Source: an uncultured Bacilli bacterium | GTDB taxonomy: Bacteria > Bacillota_I > Bacilli_A > RF39 > UBA660 | Length of the DNA stretch: 64,000 nucleotides | NCBI GenBank assembly: GCA_947586655.1 | Contig: CANPXR010000001.1 | Span: forward strand, 1,638-65,637 | Reading direction: 5' to 3' | In this document: positions 53,201-60,001 of the stretch, piece by piece | Layout of the letters: every line of letters begins with the position of its first letter | Numbering within the stretch: position 1 is the first letter of the stretch | Made by a program: the position numbers and the translations under genes | Notes under the pieces: model-generated | Database searches by the model: none | The model's input: the letters and a program-made list of their open reading frames with translations, nothing else | Told to the model about the DNA's origin: nothing

Positions 53201-53512
53201 TTTATCAGTAGAATACGTAAGTTCACTTAATGTTTCTATTCGCTTTGACATTAAATCAGGAGATTCTGCTAAAATTTCACTTACCACAAAATCATCCATT
53301 GGAAATATTAAAACGTCATTGGTATTATTATAAGAAAGTAATTTATATAAATTATTTGCCTCATACAAAGTGTTAGTAACAAGTAATATATTACGCTTTG
53401 TAACATCAAAAAGATTCCAAACATAAGATGCTTGGACCCCATTAACAAGTCCAGTAACTAATACTGGGCCTTTACTATTTATAATCTTATTTTTAAAAAT
53501 GTTTGGAACCAT
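50216..53512 (-). CDS. mfd: Transcription-repair coupling factor
   Basis: 1098 aa; UvrB-homology, RecG-like helicase motifs (GDVGYGKTEVA, DEEQRFG), TRG motif. Confidence 0.95.
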   Translation of the reverse strand: MVPNIFKNKIINSKGPVLVTGLVNGVQASYVWNLFDVTKRNILLVTNTLYEANNLYKLLSYNNTNDVLIFPMDDFVVSEILAESPDLMSKRIETLSELTYSTDKKIVITNLMGYLRFLPDVNLWKSLNINLTVQDVVNRDELLNNLNKIGYKKESLVTKTGEYSNRGYILDVFPYGYDSPIRIEFFDDEIENIREFDASTQLSTSQKNEVKIMPFTEFINEKKISDVPNRQSLLPRVVNKVSSLSDYVSNAILVFIDLKSINLSYLNILKEIVEFKETDTFDVKNYMHELKRLIPEKYLNISSVDNYNDDNNYLVENYSSSEIEKFNGNYDRINHFLLKMINMNKTIIAFLEDNKKINDFMNKSSVKTILTDEKTLSNKVINIIKEPISNGFIINDFVYLSSQELYGNNKTITYKSKFRYGSKIKDINKLKPGDFVVHINHGVGKYLGIVTLTVKGLKKDFLMVMYKDSDKLYIPVEKIEYISKYSSNEGVQPKINKLGGTEWAKQKAKVKGKVKDIAKELLETSAKRKLSKGFSFLCDDEEQLLFESRFGYEETEDQLKVIKEIKEDMEQPYPMDRLLCGDVGYGKTEVAFRAIFKAIKSGKQACFLCPTTILSKQHYDNAMERFSGFGVNIAVLNRFVSSSKKESILNDLKSGKIDLIIGTHRLLSNDVKYKDLGLLVIDEEQRFGVTHKEKIKKYKENIDVLTLSATPIPRTLQMSLVGVRGLSLIETPPAFRYPIQTYVLRENDQVIKDAIYKELARDGQVFILYNSVSKIENQVSRIKRLVPESKVTYIHGQMNKNQIETTMESFINKQFDVLVCTTIIETGIDIQNVNTLIVLDADYFGLSQLYQIRGRIGRGKMLAYAYLMYNKSKELNDIAVKRLDAIKEFTELGSGYALAARDLAIRGAGDILGAEQSGFIDSIGYDMYLKILNEEVEKLKGNDFVEKDEPVDETPFISVATHISDKYADSQDLKIEIHKKINMIDSYDNFIKIKQELTDRFGKLDEDIVIYMLEELFQVNAKKKGVFKVEQLQNVITIYFNNIVSKKQDGAELLSRLFNISSNFEVKYSNNILRISLELKNLKMHFIYYLIKMLDVIE

Positions 53513-53526
53513 GTTATCACCTAGTT

Positions 53527-54102
53527 TTAGCTTTTAATTCTAGTATTATATTTACTCATAACTTGAGAAAACGGATGCGCTATTGAATCTAATACCGCGT
53601 TTGCAGCCTTTTCAATTGCTGGATTTAATTTATCATTTTCTTCTTTGTTCAATTTTTCTAAAACATAATCTTTAGTATCGATATTACGATCATTAGAAAT
53701 TCCAATTTTTATTCGTTTATATTCGTTAGTTTTTAGCTGACTCTCTATATTTTTTAATCCGTTATGCCCTCCGGAACTTCCCTTTTCTTTTAGTTTAATG
53801 CTCCCTACTGGTAAATCTAAATCATCACTAATTACTATTATATCCTCAGTTTTAATATTAAGAAAGTTAACAAATTTTATCATAACATCACCGGATAAAT
53901 TTATGAATCGTTGAGGCTTTATAAAAACAACCCTACACATATCGAAATAGCAATCAAAATAAAGCGCTCCATCCCTTTCTTTCCATTGTGAAACGCCTAA
54001 TTTTTTAGCTATTTCATCAACTACTCTAAACCCCATGTTATGTCTCGTATTTTGATATTGTTTACCTGGATTTCCTAATCCAACAACTAACTTTATTTTC
54101 AT
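53527..54102 (-). CDS. pth: Peptidyl-tRNA hydrolase
   Basis: 191 aa; VGLGNPG…TRHN motif. Confidence 0.9.
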   Translation of the reverse strand: MKIKLVVGLGNPGKQYQNTRHNMGFRVVDEIAKKLGVSQWKERDGALYFDCYFDMCRVVFIKPQRFINLSGDVMIKFVNFLNIKTEDIIVISDDLDLPVGSIKLKEKGSSGGHNGLKNIESQLKTNEYKRIKIGISNDRNIDTKDYVLEKLNKEENDKLNPAIEKAANAVLDSIAHPFSQVMSKYNTRIKS

Positions 54103-54827
54103 TTACTACCTCCATCAAACATTTTCTTTATTTCACTAGTATAAGAACCATCCTCATTATGAACTATTATATTTTTTTCTATTTTAAATCCAGGTTTTCC
54201 ATTTTTAGTTCCTTCTATTAAAATTAAATTTGAAGTTGAATTTGAAAATGGATAAACTATTTTTAATCTTTTTGGTTCAATATTATTTTGCCTCATTAAT
54301 ATTATTATATCAATTAACCTATCCGCCCGGTGAACTAAGGCTATCTTTCCATTATTTTTAAGAATCTTTCTTGCACACTTAAATATATCATTTAGACTAA
54401 TGGAAATTTCATGCCTTGCAACAGCCTTAATTTCATTTTTATTAACACTACTTCCACTCATAATTTTAAAATATGGAGGATTACAGGTTATTAAATCAAA
54501 AGAATCAGTATCATATTTATTAATTAAATCTTTAACATCCATATTTAAAATAGTTACTTGATTATTAAGGTTATTTATACTAATGCTTTTCATAGCTAAT
54601 TCATAAACCTCTTTTTGAAGTTCAACGCCAACTATACTTGACTTTGTTTTAGTACTTAAAAAAAGCGGAACAGGTGCATTTCCGCAGCAAAAATCAATTA
54701 TTTTCATTTTATTATTAACTTTAACAAAGTTTGCAAGTAAAACAGAATCTAAAGAAAAGTTAAACCAATCAGAATTTTGAAATATTTTTAAATTAGAATA
54801 ATTTAAAAGATCATTTATTACTTCCAT
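54099..54827 (-). CDS. tRNA1(Val) (adenine37-N6)-methyltransferase-like MTase (YabB/TrmN6 family)
   Basis: DFCCGNAPV SAM motif and NPPYF motif. Confidence 0.7.
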   Translation of the reverse strand: MEVINDLLNYSNLKIFQNSDWFNFSLDSVLLANFVKVNNKMKIIDFCCGNAPVPLFLSTKTKSSIVGVELQKEVYELAMKSISINNLNNQVTILNMDVKDLINKYDTDSFDLITCNPPYFKIMSGSSVNKNEIKAVARHEISISLNDIFKCARKILKNNGKIALVHRADRLIDIIILMRQNNIEPKRLKIVYPFSNSTSNLILIEGTKNGKPGFKIEKNIIVHNEDGSYTSEIKKMFDGGSK

Positions 54828-55611
54828 TACTACCTGCCGTAACTTCTATTTCTTCTTCATCATCGGTTTTTAATTTATAACTTTTCTTTAAAACGTTAAG
54901 TTCAAATACCCTTCCAGTTTTACCTTCATATGTTACTAATTCACCTATTTTAGGTAAATCCTTCTTATATTCAGTATATACGTTATCTTCGTAACCTAAA
55001 CAACATAACAATCTACCACAAGCACCATTTATTTTAGTTGGGTTTAAGGCAATTCCTTGATTCTTTGCCATATTTATTGACACACTATCAAAATTAGTTA
55101 AAAACTCACTACAACATAATGGTCTTCCGCAAGGACCAAGTCCTCCTATTTCCTTGGCCTTATCACGTACTCCTATTTGCCTTAACTCTATTCTGGTTTT
55201 ATATTTTGCTGCTAATAACCTTGCTAGTTCTCTAAAATCAACCCTTTCGTCTGCGATAAATTTAAATATTAGTTTCTTCTTGTCAAAAGTATATGAAGCC
55301 TCATACAATTTCATGTCTAATTTTTCCGTTTCTACTAGTTTAACGGCATATTTTAAGGCTTTTGATGCATCAGATATGTTCTTATCATTCATTTGTTTAT
55401 CACTTTCGGTTGCTACCCTTATAACATCCTTTAACGGTAAAAAAACGTTTTTTTCATCCACCTGTTCAACCTCAGTAACAGCTTGTCCAAACTGTAAACC
55501 CCTTTCCGTTTCTACAATCACAAAATCATTTAATTTTATTTTATTATTACCTGGGGAAAAGTAGTAAGTTCTGTTACCATTTAAAAATTTAACTCCTATT
55601 ACTTTGACCAT
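54811..55611 (-). CDS. ricT: PSP1-domain stage 0 sporulation regulator RicT (YaaT)
   Basis: PSP1 N-terminal sequence plus C-terminal Cys cluster (GPCGRPLCC…GACGRLLCC). holB-ricT order as in Bacillus; no yabA between ricT and yabB. Confidence 0.75.
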   Translation of the reverse strand: MVKVIGVKFLNGNRTYYFSPGNNKIKLNDFVIVETERGLQFGQAVTEVEQVDEKNVFLPLKDVIRVATESDKQMNDKNISDASKALKYAVKLVETEKLDMKLYEASYTFDKKKLIFKFIADERVDFRELARLLAAKYKTRIELRQIGVRDKAKEIGGLGPCGRPLCCSEFLTNFDSVSINMAKNQGIALNPTKINGACGRLLCCLGYEDNVYTEYKKDLPKIGELVTYEGKTGRVFELNVLKKSYKLKTDDEEEIEVTAGSNGSNK

Positions 55612-56509
55612 CTGTTATTTCTCCTATTCCAATTATAATGTTACTAACAAATAACGTTACATTAACATTGTACTCTAATTTTTTTACATTTTCTAAAATA
55701 AATGATATTTTTTTTATTAATACGTCGATGTTTTGATAAGTACATAAGTTTTTTATACCCGTTTCATTATTAAAATACTCCATATTCTTAAATATTTTGT
55801 AATTTAACGCATCCTTATACGATAAAAGCATTACTGTTAAAGCACCCTTTAACAATTCTTTTGTGTTAAATAAATTTAAAAATTCTTTTAACATGGTGAA
55901 TGCTTTTGCATTACTACTTTCAATTGTAAATAAAAAATCTAACGTACTATTTATCAAATCTTCATCAAGACCTGACATATTTTTTATAAAATCCAAACCT
56001 TTTTTGATGTTATTATTATTTAGCTTTATTATTTGACACCTAGAAACAATTGTGTTTATTACGGAATTAAGATTAGTTGTAGTAAAAATAGCAACCGTGT
56101 TACTTTCGGGCTCTTCTAAAAACTTTAATAATGCGTTTGCCGCAGAAGAATTTAAAAATTCAACATCTTTCATAATATAAATTTGATTTTTTCCCTCGAT
56201 AGATTTAGTTTGAAAAAAGCTTCTTAAGTTTATTATTTCTTCTTTTTTTATGATACCATTTATTGGTTCAATTATTTTTAACTCTGCAAAATTTCCAGAC
56301 TTTATTCTTGAACATATATTACACTTTAAGCATTTTTCAGAATACTTATCTGGGCAAATTAACACTTTTGCAAAAGTTAAGGCACATCTTTCTAGTTCTT
56401 CATGGTCTTCACCCACAAGTAAATAAGCTTGTACGTTAACTGAAGAATTATTTATCTTACTTAAAATCCTACTTAAAACAGGTTGTTTTTCTACTACTAC
56501 ATCATACAA
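55589..56509 (-). CDS. holB: DNA polymerase III delta' subunit
   Basis: 306 aa; AAA+-like N-terminus and a Cys-x2-Cys zinc module; synteny. Confidence 0.75.
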   Translation of the reverse strand: MYDVVVEKQPVLSRILSKINNSSVNVQAYLLVGEDHEELERCALTFAKVLICPDKYSEKCLKCNICSRIKSGNFAELKIIEPINGIIKKEEIINLRSFFQTKSIEGKNQIYIMKDVEFLNSSAANALLKFLEEPESNTVAIFTTTNLNSVINTIVSRCQIIKLNNNNIKKGLDFIKNMSGLDEDLINSTLDFLFTIESSNAKAFTMLKEFLNLFNTKELLKGALTVMLLSYKDALNYKIFKNMEYFNNETGIKNLCTYQNIDVLIKKISFILENVKKLEYNVNVTLFVSNIIIGIGEITDGQSNRS

Positions 56510-56523
56510 TTAAATCACCTCTT

Positions 56524-56712
56524 TTAGTAGTTAAAAAGGAGAAATAATGCTAATCCAACAATTCCTGGTACATCAAATAAGCTTGCTACTATTATGGTTA
56601 TTATGTTAATGGGAATCATCAAATTAAGAGATGATAAAAAGGTATTATAACCAAATAATAAAATCATTCCTATAACTACTTTTTTTAATATTTTTAATAG
56701 ATATTTAAACAT
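56524..56712 (-). CDS. bofA: Pro-sigma-K processing inhibitor BofA
   Basis: 62 aa, two TM helices; IPINIITIIVASLFDVPGIVGLALFLL parallels B. subtilis BofA HVPINLVTTAISGILGIPGIAALVV. Downstream of recR as in Bacillus. Confidence 0.6.
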   Translation of the reverse strand: MFKYLLKILKKVVIGMILLFGYNTFLSSLNLMIPINIITIIVASLFDVPGIVGLALFLLFNY

Positions 56713-56751
56713 ATTTTCACCTCTAGTAAAAAATATGTTTAAATGTTTATT

Positions 56752-57351
56752 TTATGATACTTCACTTCTGTTTTCTAATGCCATTTCTAGGGTTAAAGCA
56801 TCTAAATACTCCATGTCTGCCCCTATTGGAACACCATGTGCTATTTGGGTAACCTTAACATTCGTATTTTCTAAAAGTTTTCTTATGTATAAAGACGTTG
56901 TATTTCCTTCAATTCCAGGCCTTAAAGCTAATATTATCTCCTTAATGTTTTCTTTTGTTATTCTTTCAATTAATTTATTAATTGATAAATCTTCTGGATT
57001 AATTCCATCCATTGGGGAAATAAGTCCACCCAAAACATGATATTTTGTTTTAAATACACCTATTTTTTCAAGAATAAACACGTTTTTTTGATTTTCAACA
57101 ACACATATTATGCTGTTATCTCTATTTTTATCATCACAAAACAAACAATTGTTCAATTCTGATAAACATCCGCAGTTTGGGCAAGTTGTTATTTTGCTAT
57201 TTATATTCAAGATTGATTCACCAAATTCTTTTACTTTATCATTTTCTAACCTTAAAATAGAAAAAGCGTATCTTTCGGCGGTTTTTTCTCCTACTCCCGG
57301 AAGTAATTTTAATGAATCAACAAGGTTTTGAAACGACTTAGGATAATTCAT
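56752..57351 (-). CDS. recR: Recombination protein RecR
   Basis: 199 aa; HhH motif, C4 zinc finger (CPNCGC…CLFC), Toprim. Confidence 0.9.
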   Translation of the reverse strand: MNYPKSFQNLVDSLKLLPGVGEKTAERYAFSILRLENDKVKEFGESILNINSKITTCPNCGCLSELNNCLFCDDKNRDNSIICVVENQKNVFILEKIGVFKTKYHVLGGLISPMDGINPEDLSINKLIERITKENIKEIILALRPGIEGNTTSLYIRKLLENTNVKVTQIAHGVPIGADMEYLDALTLEMALENRSEVS

Positions 57352-57363
57352 ATTATTTAGCTC

Positions 57364-57663
57364 CTACAAGAAACTTTCTAAGGAACCAGCCTGACTTCCT
57401 AATTTATCATTTATTTCTTTATCAACTTTTTTTAGTGCATCATTCATGGCAATCATAATCATATCTTCTAATATTTCAAAATCTTCCTGGTTTAAAGAAG
57501 CATCTTGCTTTATCTTTACTGATATAACTTCTCTTTTTCCATTCATTTTAACGGTAACGAGTTCTGAAATTCCTTCAAAAGTCATCATTTCTATTTTCTT
57601 TTTTGAATTCATTAAATTTTTTTGCATGGCTTGTGCCTGCTTCATTAAAGCTTGTATATTCAT
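57364..57663 (-). CDS. ybaB: Nucleoid-associated protein YbaB/EbfC
   Basis: 99 aa; conserved YbaB sequence between dnaX and recR. Confidence 0.9.
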   Translation of the reverse strand: MNIQALMKQAQAMQKNLMNSKKKIEMMTFEGISELVTVKMNGKREVISVKIKQDASLNQEDFEILEDMIMIAMNDALKKVDKEINDKLGSQAGSLESFL

Positions 57664-59297
57664 TATTTTTCCTCCACTTCTATCAGCTCATTAAAATCAT
57701 TCATTGAACTTTCTGTTTTTATTTTTTTTATTTGATCTAACAATTCTTTTTCATCTTTTAATTCCAGCTCGTTATTTTTAACTAACTTTACGTATTTTGG
57801 TCTTATACTTTGCCAGTATTCTTCAGTTATATATACTACTTTATATTTAGAATCGCATATTTTCTTTATTAATTCTGTGCTCAAATCGTAATCATTTTCA
57901 ATTTTTAATAATAGTGTTTGCGCAGGAAGGGTAACTATGATTCCTTCTTTTGACGCTGCAACTGGCTTTCCTTCTAATAATATACCTGCACATTTTTTAT
58001 AGGTATCACCTATTAAATAATCATTTAAATTTTCCCATAGATTTTTAATAAATTTTATCTCATCTCTAGATGAGTTTTTCAAAATATTATTTATTCTTAC
58101 TTCTTTTAATTTATTAATAACTTTATCTAATTTACTATTTTTTATTGTATCTGGTTTATTTAATTTTTCTTGATTAGTTTTAATATAATGATTTTTATCA
58201 TCATCTTTTTTCAATGTTTCACGTGAAACATTAAGTTTATCCATTACTTTTATTATTTGAATTTCAAAAGTAAGGTCATTTTGAGCACCATATTGAAGTT
58301 TGTTTAATAAATTTGAAATATTATCCATTATTAAATATAATTCTTCTTCACTATAATTATCTATAATTTGTAATTCATTGGTGTTTATATCATTTAAACA
58401 TATATTTTTCTTATATAAAATACCTTGTTTTACAAAATTAACTAATTTTTGGGTTATCAAATAGAAGTCTTTTCCTTGATTGGACCATTTCATTATCATT
58501 TTTACAATTTTTTCATATTCTCTTTTTTGTAATGACGTAAAAAAATCAATTACTTCTGATTTTGAAATCGTTCCTAACAATTCTTGCACGTCTTTTAATG
58601 ATATTTCATCGTCACAAAAAGCAAAAGCCTGATCTAACATACCTATGGCGTCTCTCATTCCTCCGTTTGAATTTTCAATAATTTCTGTTAATGCATCTTT
58701 TGTTATTTTTATTTTTTCTTGTTTTATTATGTTTTTTAAACATTTTTCCATTTGTTCTTTAGAAATGTTTTTAAAATCAAACCTTTGACACCTTGAAATT
58801 ACCGTCACCGGAAGTTTTTGTGGTTCCGTTGTTGCTAATATAAAAATAACGTATTCTGGTGGTTCTTCTAACGTTTTGAGTAATGCGTTAAAAGCCCCTA
58901 TAGAAAGCATATGTACTTCATCTATTATATATACTTTGTATTTTGACATTGAAGGAACTAAACCAACTTTATTTTTAAGTTCCCTAATTTCGTCTACTCC
59001 ATTATTAGAAGCAGCATCAATTTCTATAATATCAGGATTATTATTTTCGTTAAACGACTTGCAACTATCACAACAATTACATGCATCACCCGTTGTATTA
59101 TTAAGGCAATTTATTGCTTTTGCAAATAATTTTGCACTACTTGTTTTACCAGTTCCCCTTGGGCCAGTAAATAAATATGCATGGCTTAATTTGTTGTTTT
59201 TTATTACGTTTCTTAACGTTTTAACTATCGTGCCCTGACCATAAAGTAATTCAAAAGATTTTGGTCTATACTTTCTGTATAATGTTTGATACGCCAT
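57663..59297 (-). CDS. dnaX: DNA polymerase III subunits gamma/tau. The true start is MAYQTLYRKYRP at 59297; the ORF in the track extends to 59381 through the promoter region.
   Basis: Walker A GPRGTGKTS, zinc module CNCCDSC, SRC motif. RBS AAAGGAG precedes the Met-29 codon. Confidence 0.9.
   Translation of the reverse strand: MAYQTLYRKYRPKSFELLYGQGTIVKTLRNVIKNNKLSHAYLFTGPRGTGKTSSAKLFAKAINCLNNTTGDACNCCDSCKSFNENNNPDIIEIDAASNNGVDEIRELKNKVGLVPSMSKYKVYIIDEVHMLSIGAFNALLKTLEEPPEYVIFILATTEPQKLPVTVISRCQRFDFKNISKEQMEKCLKNIIKQEKIKITKDALTEIIENSNGGMRDAIGMLDQAFAFCDDEISLKDVQELLGTISKSEVIDFFTSLQKREYEKIVKMIMKWSNQGKDFYLITQKLVNFVKQGILYKKNICLNDINTNELQIIDNYSEEELYLIMDNISNLLNKLQYGAQNDLTFEIQIIKVMDKLNVSRETLKKDDDKNHYIKTNQEKLNKPDTIKNSKLDKVINKLKEVRINNILKNSSRDEIKFIKNLWENLNDYLIGDTYKKCAGILLEGKPVAASKEGIIVTLPAQTLLLKIENDYDLSTELIKKICDSKYKVVYITEEYWQSIRPKYVKLVKNNELELKDEKELLDQIKKIKTESSMNDFNELIEVEEK
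58213..58232. repeat. Palindrome copy A (AATGTTTCACGTGAAACATT), inside the dnaX coding sequence
   Basis: Perfect 20-bp palindrome, identical to copy B. Encodes LNVSRETL in DnaX. No promoter-like hexamers downstream. Confidence 0.6.
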
Positions 59298-59324
59298 ACA
59301 TATTCTCCTTTCTAATACGATAAT

Positions 59325-59382
59325 ATTATAACATCTAAATAAATTTTTTAAAACTAAAAGATAATGTTTCACGTGAAACATT
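59325..59382 (-). promoter_or_regulatory. Putative dnaX promoter plus upstream palindromic operator (copy B): palindrome, 10 nt, TTTTAA, 17 nt, TATAAT
   Basis: Perfect 20-bp palindrome at 59363..59382, overlapping the tadA stop. -35 at 59353..59348 and -10 at 59330..59325 on the minus strand. RBS and ATG lie ~25 nt downstream. Confidence 0.5.
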
Positions 59383-59788
59383 ATCTCCTTTTCTTAAAGA
59401 AAGTTTGAATTATATTTAACGATTGTCTTTCATAATCTTTTAGAAATATAAAATCACTTTTATTAGTTACTATTTTTTCATCTTTTTTTAACGTGAAATA
59501 AACTTTACCAATTCTACTTAATTTTATTGCTTCAGTACACATTTTACATGGTTCTAATGTCACGTACATTTCACATTCGTTTAATCGCCAATTTTTTAAT
59601 CTTTTTGAAGCTTTCGCTATTGCAATTATTTCAGCATGTAAAATAGCATTTTTCTTTTTTTCAACCATATTATGTGCCTTTGCAATTATTTTATTATCTT
59701 TAACAATTATTGCACCAACTGGAACTTCCCCATGTCGTGACGCTTTTTTTGCTTCTTCTAGCGCTAATTTTATATATTTATCAAGCAT
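59381..59788 (-). CDS. tadA: tRNA-specific adenosine deaminase
   Basis: 135 aa; HAEIIAI and PCKMC zinc-binding CDA motifs. Confidence 0.85.
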   Translation of the reverse strand: MLDKYIKLALEEAKKASRHGEVPVGAIIVKDNKIIAKAHNMVEKKKNAILHAEIIAIAKASKRLKNWRLNECEMYVTLEPCKMCTEAIKLSRIGKVYFTLKKDEKIVTNKSDFIFLKDYERQSLNIIQTFFKKRR

Positions 59789-59801
59789 TTTTAACTCCTA
59801 T

Positions 59802-59819
59802 ATGTTTCACGTGAAACAT
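59802..59819. repeat. Palindrome copy C (ATGTTTCACGTGAAACAT), between the ffs terminator and the tadA RBS
   Basis: 18-bp perfect palindrome ending 6 nt before the tadA Shine-Dalgarno (ataggagttaaaaATG). Confidence 0.6.
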
Positions 59820-59825
59820 TTATAC

Positions 59826-59907
59826 ATAAAATAAAAGCACACACGAAAAGAGGTTATTAAGGCTGCTATTTTTCAATCCTGACCTGATTCTAACATTTCC
59901 GTTGTGC
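59826..59907 (-). ncRNA. ffs: Short (4.5S-type) signal recognition particle RNA
   Basis: Minus strand contains the universally conserved domain IV element GGUCAGG-auu-GAAA-aau-AGCAGCC (compare E. coli GGUCAGGUCCGGAAGGAAGCAGCC). Flanking 12-bp helix GCACAACGGAAA/UUUUCGUGUGUGC, then U-run CUUUUAUUUU. Position next to tadA/dnaX matches the Bacillus scr locus. The promoter predicts +1 at the G of GCACA. Confidence 0.55.
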
Positions 59908-59913
59908 AATGCT

Positions 59914-59970
59914 ATTCTATTATATTATTTAAAAATAATCAAGAGTTTTATAATGTTCCACGTGAAACAT
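59914..59970 (-). promoter_or_regulatory. Putative ffs promoter plus upstream palindromic operator (copy D): palindrome, 10 nt, TTGATT, 17 nt, TAGAAT
   Basis: Copy D is ATGTTTCACGTGGAACAT (1 mismatch) at 59953..59970. -35 at 59942..59937 and -10 at 59919..59914. Register identical to the dnaX promoter copy. Confidence 0.5.
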
Positions 59971-60001
59971 TGTATTTTTAAATAATTTAAATTATAAGTA
60001 T

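Noticed and set aside
57663-59381. N-terminal extensions of several track ORFs (dnaX to 59381, spoVT to 50232, fba to 6146, murA to 5170, rplJ to 30003, yabG to 43399, rpoE to 11014)
   Set aside because: Alignment logic with known family N-termini and RBS positions indicates that internal Met codons are the true starts. The dnaX extension runs through its own promoter and palindrome. These are ORF-finder artefacts rather than novel N-terminal domains.
58213-59970. The four palindromes as Rho-independent terminators or as an RNase III processing stem flanking the SRP RNA
   Set aside because: The stems are short and AT-rich (6 bp plus an ACGU loop) with no consistent U-tract. Copy D lies upstream of the predicted ffs -35, so it is not in the transcript and cannot pair with copy C as a processing stem. 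Copies B and D share an exact promoter-relative register, which favours an operator function.
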